A stretch of 64,000 nt of DNA from Nitrospirota bacterium (GTDB lineage: Bacteria; Nitrospirota; Nitrospiria; SBBL01; JAADHI01): contig JAJDBW010000077.1 of assembly GCA_029261155.1 (NCBI GenBank), positions 2,365-66,364 on the forward strand. Reading direction: 5' to 3'. Shown here piece after piece: positions 54,250 through 62,075 of the stretch; the stretch's first letter is position 1; each line of letters starts with the position of its first letter. The notes below the pieces were generated by a model. That model did not search any database. It saw only the letters and a list, made by a program, of their open reading frames with translations, and was not told where the DNA came from. Position numbers and translations under genes: made by a program.

Positions 54250-56022
54250 CTAGGTCAGCGCGCTGACGGTGATGACGCTGCCATCCTGGACGATCTGAAA
54301 TTGGGTCGTGCTGGAGCCGGCGAGGTCGGAGTCGTCGGAAAAGAGGTCTTCGATGGCCTTTTTGACGAAATCCTTGCCCATCTCGGCGGCTGCCGGGCTA
54401 AGGCCTTGCGCATGGGTCTGGGTGGTGTTGCCGAATTCCAATTCCTTGGAGGCGCCATATTCTTGCGGCAGCGTGAAATCGACAAAAACGATTTTGGCCT
54501 TGGGGAGGGTCTCGATCTTTTTGAGTATTGCCGGGCCGACCTGGGCCAAGGTGAGCACCTCGGCTTCGGGTTTGTCTGTCGCGGCTTTCGGCGCAAAGGC
54601 CTTGAGGGTTTCGTGGAGTTTAACCTTGGCGTCATTCATCATCAACAAAGGCTCCAAAGTATTCAAGCGCGCTAGAATTTCTTCGTCTTTCGAAAGCCGT
54701 CCTGCAGATTGAATGATTTTGATATGCATCATCGGCAGATCGAAGCGCTCGACCATTGGCCTTTTGGTCTTTTCGTTGAGGCCGAGCCAATACATTAAAC
54801 GCTTTTTAAGGCTGGGCAACGGCGCGAAAAGCTTGTCGGCCAAGGTGGCCTGAATGTCGGCATGGAGTCCTTTTCCTTCCAAGAGCTTGTCCATTTCCGC
54901 CTCGATTTCTTCGTCCGGTAGAAAGGCGGACACCGCGTACAAGGTGGTTCGCTGGGCCTCAAGGCGAAGCGCGGCGAAATTTTCTTTCAGCATCCGAAGC
55001 AATTCCGCACGGGTTTCGGGGGTTTTGAAACCGCCGATGAGGCCGACGACGTTTTGCTTTTGAAGTTCGTCGTCCACTTGGTTCAATAATTTAAAGAGGC
55101 GGACGAGCCGGTCCGGATTAACGGGAAGGACGGCGAGTCCGTTTCTGGCTTGGTCTTTGTCGTAGGCTGTCGTCGAAGCAAGCCGTTTCGAATAGAGTTC
55201 AAATAGGCTGTCCCAAACCAAGTCTTCCAAGGGAAGAGTGGTTTTTTCTTTTTTCGCCGCCTTGGCGCGCGAGGCCAGCACGGCTGCGGCTTCACGCCGG
55301 ATGTTTTCGCTGGGGTCGTGTAAGGCACTGGCTAAGGTCTGAACCATGGACTCGGTCGTCGGGTAGCCCTTTGCAGGGCCCTCTTTGGAGAGGACGATGT
55401 TTAAACCCCGAAGCAGGTAGACTGTGGTGGGGTCCGATGTCGATTTTTCGATACCAGCCAAGAGGGCCGCCATGCATTCTGGAGGGTATTTCCCATGAAC
55501 GTATTGGGCGAAAACATAAAGGGCTTCGTCTCCACCTTGTGGAAGCAGCGCGACCATTTCTTTATGAATTCGTTCGGAAGGTTCGATATTTGCCAGCACT
55601 TTGTAAAGCGCATTCCATGTGCCGGAATGGGCGGCGATCTCCTTTTTATTTAGCAGACTAAGAAGCGTATCAAGGCAGTTTTGCGTAAAGGCCTTTTGTG
55701 CTTCGGTGTTTTTCTCGATGACGACGCGATCAATAATCTGGTCCAGGAGGACAGCGCTTTCGTAACGAAGGTCCTGTTGGGGCGAGTCGAGTAAAGACAG
55801 AATGGCCTTTGCGTAATCCAAGTTAAAAGCGAAACGCTTAAGCAGACGAACCTCCAATTGTCGGATCCACTTCACCGGTTCTTTTTCGAGCAGGGGAATC
55901 AGGGTGCGCCAAAGCTCGGGGTCGGGGGGTGTGGGATTGAAGGTCATGCTTTCGATGGCTTGCTGCCGTTGGGCATCGGGGGTTGTTTTGGGATCTAGCT
56001 TGACTGCCAATGTGTTATCCAT
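54250..56022 (-). CDS. All-alpha HEAT/ARM-like repeat protein, unknown function
   Basis: 590-aa ORF. Leu/Ala/Glu/Lys-rich helical repeats, for example HDPSENIRREAAAVLASRA, which is HEAT-like. Its stop codon (54250-54252) directly abuts the ATG of the downstream gene. Confidence 0.5.
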   Translation of the reverse strand: MDNTLAVKLDPKTTPDAQRQQAIESMTFNPTPPDPELWRTLIPLLEKEPVKWIRQLEVRLLKRFAFNLDYAKAILSLLDSPQQDLRYESAVLLDQIIDRVVIEKNTEAQKAFTQNCLDTLLSLLNKKEIAAHSGTWNALYKVLANIEPSERIHKEMVALLPQGGDEALYVFAQYVHGKYPPECMAALLAGIEKSTSDPTTVYLLRGLNIVLSKEGPAKGYPTTESMVQTLASALHDPSENIRREAAAVLASRAKAAKKEKTTLPLEDLVWDSLFELYSKRLASTTAYDKDQARNGLAVLPVNPDRLVRLFKLLNQVDDELQKQNVVGLIGGFKTPETRAELLRMLKENFAALRLEAQRTTLYAVSAFLPDEEIEAEMDKLLEGKGLHADIQATLADKLFAPLPSLKKRLMYWLGLNEKTKRPMVERFDLPMMHIKIIQSAGRLSKDEEILARLNTLEPLLMMNDAKVKLHETLKAFAPKAATDKPEAEVLTLAQVGPAILKKIETLPKAKIVFVDFTLPQEYGASKELEFGNTTQTHAQGLSPAAAEMGKDFVKKAIEDLFSDDSDLAGSSTTQFQIVQDGSVITVSALT

Positions 56023-56459
56023 TCAAATTTTCCTCCGTTTACAATGCGAGATGGCTCGCCTTGCTTCTTCATTTTAGGTCGAGGATTCAGTCTACGGAGC
56101 TCAATCGGGCCATTTTCCGACGGAAGGGACCGGGGTTGCTCTGTCATGCCGGGAAAAGTCGAACAAGCTTACTGCGGGTTGCACGGAATTTCCGATAAGA
56201 ATCGCTCAAGTTTAATTAAGGCACATTAAAGGTTGATTTTTTATACCCTACTTCTCCATTTGAATTCAAGGCATTGTTGGTCGATGGTGGGTAAAGAAAA
56301 AGATAATTCGTTTTTTTTCCGATTTGGAGGCTTAATCCGGCTTATTTGAGTAAAAGATGCAGTCGCCCCCCTGCTTGCAACACCAGGCCGTCTTGTTCTA
56401 AACTGGGACCCTTTATATCGATAAAAGGAAGGGCCTCAGGGCGAAAAGGGTGATATTGC

Positions 56460-57203
56460 GTGGAACAAATTGAGATTCATCTTGAGGGAATCGACTTCAA
56501 ATCGGGTCTGATTCCTGCCATTATTCAGGATTATCAAAGCAAGGCCGTCTTGATGTTGGCCTATATGAACGAGGCCTCGCTCCGTTTAAGCTTAAAAACG
56601 GGCGAAACCCATTTTTGGAGCCGATCCCGAAAGCAGTTATGGCGAAAAGGCGAAACCTCAGGTCACATCCAAAAAATAAAGAATATTGGGGTCGATTGTG
56701 ATCAAGACACCTTGTTGATCGAAGTGGAACAGGTCGGAGTGGCTTGCCATACCGGGGCGCCGAGCTGTTTCTTTCGCGAACTAAGAGAGGCAGGGCAATT
56801 GGCCGATAAGCACCTTGTCGAATCCAATGCGCCGAATGCCCCCCGCACCGTTCTCGAATCTCTTGCTCAGACCATCGCTGAGCGAAAGCGGCAACCTTCT
56901 CCCAGTTCTTATACGAGTCTGCTTTTGGAGGGAGGAATCGATGGTATTTTAAAAAAGGTCGGGGAAGAATCGGCTGAATTGATCCTTGGCGCCAAAAATG
57001 GAGACCCAGCGGAAATCGTCCATGAAGCAGCCGACCTCCTCTATCATATTCTGGTGACCTTGGGCTATTACGACATTTCGTTTAAGCAGGTTGAAGCGGA
57101 ACTGACGCGAAGAACGCAGATCTCTGGTCTGGAGGAGAAGCGTTCGCGCAAGGGGAAAAAAGATACGTCGTCTAAAGCGATAGAAAAAGAGGAGGATGCG
57201 TGA
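56460..57203 (+). CDS. hisIE: Bifunctional phosphoribosyl-AMP cyclohydrolase / phosphoribosyl-ATP pyrophosphatase
   Basis: GTG start. [25 protein letters not shown]...[19 protein letters not shown]...DCDQDTLL is His[30 protein letters not shown]...[11 protein letters not shown] is HisE. Confidence 0.9.
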   Translation: MEQIEIHLEGIDFKSGLIPAIIQDYQSKAVLMLAYMNEASLRLSLKTGETHFWSRSRKQLWRKGETSGHIQKIKNIGVDCDQDTLLIEVEQVGVACHTGAPSCFFRELREAGQLADKHLVESNAPNAPRTVLESLAQTIAERKRQPSPSSYTSLLLEGGIDGILKKVGEESAELILGAKNGDPAEIVHEAADLLYHILVTLGYYDISFKQVEAELTRRTQISGLEEKRSRKGKKDTSSKAIEKEEDA

Positions 57204-57562
57204 GGAATTCGCATTTGGAGGCCGATTGCCTCTTTTGTAAAATCATCCTAAAAGACATCCCTGGCAAGGTCGTTCACGAAGACGACAAGGCCTTGGCCTT
57301 CGAGGATATTAGCCCGCAGGCGCCAGTGCACCTCTTAATCATTCCTAAAAAACACATTGCGCGCCTTGCGGATCTTCAGGCTGACGATGCAGCGCTTCTG
57401 GCGCACCTGTTTTCTCTGGTGCCAATATTGGCTGAAAAGTACGGGGTCTTGGAGTCGGGATTTCGAACGGTGATTAATTCAGGCGAGCGGGCAGGACAAA
57501 GTGTTTTTCACCTTCATATCCACCTGATGGGTGGAAGAGATTTTCGCTGGCCACCCGGTTAG
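57200..57562 (+). CDS. HIT family nucleotide hydrolase (HinT-like)
   Basis: 120-aa ORF. CLFCKII...[16 protein letters not shown]...[14 protein letters not shown] carries the histidine triad. GTGA overlap with the hisIE stop. Confidence 0.9.
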   Translation: MRNSHLEADCLFCKIILKDIPGKVVHEDDKALAFEDISPQAPVHLLIIPKKHIARLADLQADDAALLAHLFSLVPILAEKYGVLESGFRTVINSGERAGQSVFHLHIHLMGGRDFRWPPG

Positions 57563-57612
57563 GCATCGTCGAGGTCCTATGCGGCCGCGTTCTTTAGCTG
57601 ATCGGGTTTGGC

Positions 57613-58053
57613 TTAGGGTTGCGGAGGTTTGGTCAAGGTTTTCAAGGCTTCGCAATAACCGGATTCGTCCATCAATGCGCCTCCGCGGATGGATTTGAAG
57701 TAGAGGTTTCCCCATAAGCCTGCAATCTGGTGGATGATCTCGTGACGCACCATCCCTCTTTTCAGCATTGCGTCATAGGCCTCTTTGACTTCCGTTGGGT
57801 TTTCTTCCAAAAGCTGCCTTTCGACCAGGACGTGAAGGCGGGTGTGAATGAGCGGATTGACGACATATCCTTCAATTTCTTGAGGGTGAAGGGCCGCGTC
57901 TCCTTGTTCCCAGAATGGATCGAATTCGGCATGATCTTTCATGACTTCGACGACTTCTTCAGCATCGTCGGATAATAATTCCTCCCCTTTTTTCATTTGT
58001 CTCCAGATCTCAACGTATTCGGCTAAGGCTTCGCTTGAAAAAAGGACGTCCAT
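57613..58053 (-). CDS. DUF1841 family protein
   Basis: ATG at 58053 is preceded by AAGGAG. NPLIHTRLHVLVERQLLEENP...GMVRHEIIHQIA matches my recollection of DUF1841. Confidence 0.6.
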   Translation of the reverse strand: MDVLFSSEALAEYVEIWRQMKKGEELLSDDAEEVVEVMKDHAEFDPFWEQGDAALHPQEIEGYVVNPLIHTRLHVLVERQLLEENPTEVKEAYDAMLKRGMVRHEIIHQIAGLWGNLYFKSIRGGALMDESGYCEALKTLTKPPQP

Positions 58054-58197
58054 AGATTTTCTCCTTGATGGGCTACGATTGGAACGTAGGGCAATAAGGT
58101 GTCTATGGTAGCAGAGACGAGAGAAGGCGATCAAGGGCTAATCGAGGCCTTCATCTAAAATGGTGTGCGGGGATCGTTTTGATTTTTAATGCGGCCC

Positions 58198-59427
58198 TTA
58201 CCACCGACCTTTTAAGCCGAGCGTGTTTTGAATATTGGTGTATTCTCGCGTGGGATCGCTAGCGTCTTTCGTCGAGATTTCAAGTTTGATATAAGGCGAA
58301 AATCTGGGACTAATCGGTTTGGAAAGTTCAATTTCTCCAAGGTAAAATATCTCGTTAAGCGCTTCTGTTGATCCGACCGCTGTTTTTCGCTCGCTATAGT
58401 CTCGATCGGCAAAATAAAGCACGATGTTGACTTCCGCAAAATCCGAGTTGTGAAAAAAAACTTGTCCCATGAGTTGAATTTGTCGATAGCTCAAATCGTT
58501 TTCAAAATGGTCGGTGTTGATGCGGTATTTTGCCGTGAAGTCCGTTTCCAGAGCCGTCCCGTTGTCGAAGCCAAGTTTCATGTCCAGTTCCTGCCTCCGG
58601 AGACCGAGCACCGGATTGGCGTTGTTGAAAGTGCCATCCCGGTTATTGGCTTGCCGTTCGCTATAGGCAATGTTTTTGAAACGGTATCTAATTTTGGCGG
58701 TCCAGAATTCGTTCAAAACCTGTTTTGATGAGAGGTCTCCTCCGGTTTCCTTAAAATCGAGAGAGGGCTCGGCTCCAATTTCTTTTACGTTAAAAATGCG
58801 ATGAAATGCGCCTAATTCAAAGCGAAGACTTTTTGAATAGCGATAGATGCCGAAGACGCGAATCTGATCGCTGATGGATTCGAATTGGTTCATCGGCAGG
58901 GCATCGCCTTCGTTGTCAAGTAACTTGAGATCGGTGTAGGAAAGGGTGTTCGTCATGCCAAGGGAATAGTTTGGGTTGAGACGATACCGATATTGTAAGG
59001 CGAAATTAGCGAAGAGTTCATCGGCTTGGTTTAACTGAAAGAAATCTTGAAAGGTCGCGTTGAGAAAACCGAATATTAGGGCGCGCTTGCTGGGTTGAAA
59101 AAGCCCTTCTAGAGAGGCATCGAGAAGCGTATACCAATCCGACTGGGTCTCTCGATCACTTTGAAAGACGTTCGATTCGAAACCGAGGCCTAGGTCGGCA
59201 TTGCTTTCTATGGGAAACGCCTTCTTTCCCTCATCGGGCGAAGACGCCATGAGCGGTGCTGTTTGAATTCCGAAGAGCATGACGAGGATATAAAATACGG
59301 TTTGGAGCGGCTGCGCTAAATAAGGCTCATTCGCGTTTCTTGTCGATCCGATTGATGCAGGTAAGTTGAGAACCCTCCTTCTCAAAAAATAATCTCCTCG
59401 TGTAAAAATATGGAAAGGCGGCCCCAT
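58198..59427 (-). CDS. Putative outer-membrane beta-barrel protein
   Basis: 409-aa ORF; the true start is probably internal, near the hydrophobic FYILVMLFGIQTAPLMA signal. It has alternating amphipathic strands rich in Y/F/N/D/G and a C-terminal LGLKGRW with a terminal aromatic residue, typical of a beta-signal. Confidence 0.5.
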   Translation of the reverse strand: MGPPFHIFTRGDYFLRRRVLNLPASIGSTRNANEPYLAQPLQTVFYILVMLFGIQTAPLMASSPDEGKKAFPIESNADLGLGFESNVFQSDRETQSDWYTLLDASLEGLFQPSKRALIFGFLNATFQDFFQLNQADELFANFALQYRYRLNPNYSLGMTNTLSYTDLKLLDNEGDALPMNQFESISDQIRVFGIYRYSKSLRFELGAFHRIFNVKEIGAEPSLDFKETGGDLSSKQVLNEFWTAKIRYRFKNIAYSERQANNRDGTFNNANPVLGLRRQELDMKLGFDNGTALETDFTAKYRINTDHFENDLSYRQIQLMGQVFFHNSDFAEVNIVLYFADRDYSERKTAVGSTEALNEIFYLGEIELSKPISPRFSPYIKLEISTKDASDPTREYTNIQNTLGLKGRW

Positions 59428-59507
59428 GGGTATCGGACCGCCTTTCCTGCTTCATGGGGAGGACTTCGACCTCAATATCCACGGTCAACAATCATCCAGC
59501 TATGGTA

Positions 59508-60548
59508 CTAATTTAATAGATCATTCAGTGTGCTACTCAGCTCTGAGGTCGTATCCTGTGTATCGTCAATGACCTCCTCGGCGGCGGTTTGCGTGTCGTC
59601 ACGAACCTCGGCTGTGGTGGCCTGCGTGTCTTCACGGATTTCCGCCTCCAATTCTTGTTGCTCTTCTCGAAGCGTTTCGCTCAGGGCCTTATTGTCTTCT
59701 TTAAGTTCAGCGACCAGAGATTTTTGAGTATCGCGGAGGTCTTCGAGCATGGATTGCCGGGTGTTCTTTAGATCTTCCTGAACGTCTTGAGATTCCGCTT
59801 TGAGGTCCTCTTTAAATGCCTCGGCATGGTCAGACGCTTTCAAGGGTTTATCCCTGAGATCGGATTTTATGGCCCGGACTTCACCAGGTTTTTCCCACGA
59901 GTGGGGTTCTTTTAGAAGGAGGTCTTCACCGCGATGTTCTTTAGGCGGCGTTAAATGGCCATTAAAAAGTTCCGTGTAATGTTTGGCTCTGACTTCGATT
60001 ACTTCATTCCGAAAATCTAAATTGATCACTTCAACCACGCCTTCAGAAACCGCGACACCGCTAAAGGCTTCTTTTTCGAAGACCTCAAAGACCGTGCCTT
60101 TTACCCCGGCCATAAGTTTAGGCGAAATGACTTCAAAGCGTCCCTTTAGGCGATTTTCAAATACTTTAAAGATGGAATGCCCTTTTTGAAGGACGACCGT
60201 GACCAGGTTGTTTAGGCCTTCTCGGACCTGTTGGCTGGATTGTTCCTTGGGAAATTCGAGTAGGGTGTTTTCGAAGAGCTGTATTTTGGCGGAATTATGC
60301 CGGAGGGTGGCCCAAGATTTTGCGCCGGTTCTGATGACATTACCGGGCTGGATAACAAGGCCTTTTTCCACTTTTTGCCAAGCCACGGTTTGACTCTTTC
60401 TGATTTCAACCTCACCATTAAAGCTTGTGATCATGGTGTCACGATTTTCGGCCCCCGCGTTTAGTGAGAAAAATGCGAAAGAGGCACTCAGGGTTCCGAG
60501 AATAAGGATCCCTTTTAAGAAGATCATCATTTTATTGCGCTGAGTCAT
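59508..60548 (-). CDS. FecR-domain-like secreted protein with a C-terminal tail of 11-residue repeats (paralog 1)
   Basis: ATG at 60548 follows GGAGGA. Signal peptide MMIFLKGILILGTLSASFAFFSLNAGA. GEVEIRKSQTVAWQKVEKGLVIQPGNVIRTGAKSWATL...AGVKGTVFEV is FecR-like. The last 105 aa form nine 11-mers. Confidence 0.65.
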   Translation of the reverse strand: MTQRNKMMIFLKGILILGTLSASFAFFSLNAGAENRDTMITSFNGEVEIRKSQTVAWQKVEKGLVIQPGNVIRTGAKSWATLRHNSAKIQLFENTLLEFPKEQSSQQVREGLNNLVTVVLQKGHSIFKVFENRLKGRFEVISPKLMAGVKGTVFEVFEKEAFSGVAVSEGVVEVINLDFRNEVIEVRAKHYTELFNGHLTPPKEHRGEDLLLKEPHSWEKPGEVRAIKSDLRDKPLKASDHAEAFKEDLKAESQDVQEDLKNTRQSMLEDLRDTQKSLVAELKEDNKALSETLREEQQELEAEIREDTQATTAEVRDDTQTAAEEVIDDTQDTTSELSSTLNDLLN

Positions 60549-60743
60549 AAGGTCCTCCGTTCTAATAGGAATGAATATGAAAACCAAAAAGATTAAAGTT
60601 GATCATTGTAGAATCGACTAAGATTTTTCTCCAATGAATATAGATCCGCAGAGACATTCTTCGATTTACCCATTGAATGATTGTCCGGCTCGTTTGATTT
60701 CTTTTCGATCACCATTGGCTAAATCGCATCGCTCAATTATCTA

Positions 60744-61784
60744 CTAGCGTTGCCGTCTTCCATTCCCACCTGCATTGCTGTGATCGGGAGGGTTTCCGCC
60801 TGCGTTGCTATGACTCGGAGGATTTCCGCCTGCGTTGCTGTGGTCAGGTGGTCCGACTTCCAAGTCCGCACGGAAATCGGCGGTCATTTCCTTTCCCTCA
60901 TTCCGAAGGTCGGCGGCCAGGGTCCTTCTTTCATCCTTTAGGTCAGTGAGTAATGTCTTTCTTTCCTCGCGGAGATCGGCAGCCAGGGCCTTTTCCGCAT
61001 TCCGGAGGCTTAGTTTGTGTTCCTTAGAATCGCTTTTTATATCTTCTTCATGCTCTTTTGCATCGTCTTTTTCCTGATTGTGAAGTTCAGTATTGACCTC
61101 GCTTTGTAGGGGGTCGGCTTCGTTGGGTTTTTCTTGGGAATGTTGTTCTTCATGAAGCAGGTCTTCACCAAGGTGTTCTCTTGGCGGCATTAAGTGGTCG
61201 TCTCGAATTTCAGCGATTTGGTTGGCCGTTAATTCGAGAATCTCGCCCCGAAAATCTAAGTTGATCACTTCTACCACACCTTCGGAAACAGCAACGCCTT
61301 TAAAGGATTCTTTTTCGAAGACTTCGAAAACGGTTCCTTTTACGCCTGCAATGAGGCTGGGAGAAATAACCTCGAATCGGCGCTTTAAACGGTTTTTAAA
61401 AACTTTAAATATGGAGTGACCCTTCTGCAACACCACGGTCACCAAATCATTTCCACTTTGACTTACTCGTTGGCTGGATTGTTCCTTGGGAAATTCGAGA
61501 AGGGTGTTTTCGAAGAGCTGGATTTTTGCGGAATTATGCCGAATCATGGCCCAGGATTTTGCACCGGTTCTGATGATGTCGCCGGGATGAATCACGCGGC
61601 CCTTTTCGGCCTTCTGCCAAGCCACGGTTTGGCCTTGCTTAATTTCGACTTCTCCTTCAAATCTTGCAATAACCGTATCCGGCGTTTTTGCCGTGACAGC
61701 TTGTGTGAAAAACCCGAGAGAAAGAAATAAGCTTCCAAGAATGACGGCTCCCTTTAAATGACCCATCGTTTTATTAAATTGCAT
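60744..61784 (-). CDS. FecR-domain-like secreted protein, paralog 2, with 11-residue and 10-residue repeat tails
   Basis: ATG at 61784 follows GGAGG. Signal peptide, then the same FecR-like core as paralog 1. The tail is ALAADLREERKT/LLTDLKDERRT/LAADLRNEGKE..., then three copies of PP(D/S)HSNAGGN. Confidence 0.65.
   Translation of the reverse strand: MQFNKTMGHLKGAVILGSLFLSLGFFTQAVTAKTPDTVIARFEGEVEIKQGQTVAWQKAEKGRVIHPGDIIRTGAKSWAMIRHNSAKIQLFENTLLEFPKEQSSQRVSQSGNDLVTVVLQKGHSIFKVFKNRLKRRFEVISPSLIAGVKGTVFEVFEKESFKGVAVSEGVVEVINLDFRGEILELTANQIAEIRDDHLMPPREHLGEDLLHEEQHSQEKPNEADPLQSEVNTELHNQEKDDAKEHEEDIKSDSKEHKLSLRNAEKALAADLREERKTLLTDLKDERRTLAADLRNEGKEMTADFRADLEVGPPDHSNAGGNPPSHSNAGGNPPDHSNAGGNGRRQR
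60763..60852. repeat. 3 x 30-bp tandem coding repeat
   Basis: The units are TTCCCACCTGCATTGCTGTGATCGGGAGGG, TTTCCGCCTGCGTTGCTATGACTCGGAGGA and TTTCCGCCTGCGTTGCTGTGGTCAGGTGGT. On the minus strand they encode PP(D/S)HSNAGGN three times. Confidence 0.85.
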
Positions 61785-61843
61785 TGAGAGACCTCCATGT
61801 TGATCAGTTGGATGAATCGAAAACCCAGAAACTCTAAAGTTAA

Positions 61844-61858
61844 GCAATAATGATTCCA
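61844..61858 (-). promoter_or_regulatory. Weak candidate sigma-54 promoter upstream of FecR-like paralog 2
   Basis: The minus strand reads TGGAAT-CATTA-TTGCT. GG/GC spacing is correct and the -12 TTGCT is perfect, but the -24 lacks the conserved CA. It lies 60 nt upstream of ATG 61784. Confidence 0.3.
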
Positions 61859-62075
61859 GAAATGGCTAGCCCATGATTACCTTAAGATTGATATTTTGAT
61901 TAATAAAATCAATGTCCATTAAAAAAGAAGGAGAAGAGCTTCAGGACCTTCCGGTAATAAATTGACTGATATTTGTCACTCACTATGTCATTGGCTACAC
62001 AATTTTATATTCCATATTGGATAGGACTGCCCTTTCTTGGTGCGATCGACATCGGGTTTCGGGTACATCGCCCTT

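Noticed and set aside
56023-56459. 437-bp region upstream of hisIE, checked for a His-leader attenuator, a T-box and sigma-54 elements
   Set aside because: It has no run of His codons, no T-box specifier/antiterminator pattern, and the GG/GC spacings near CTGCTTGCA do not fit a -24/-12 promoter.
60763-60852. Tandem repeats considered as a possible mini-CRISPR or VNTR array
   Set aside because: The units are contiguous with no spacers, in frame, and translate to a coherent peptide repeat inside a gene. This is a coding tandem repeat, not CRISPR.
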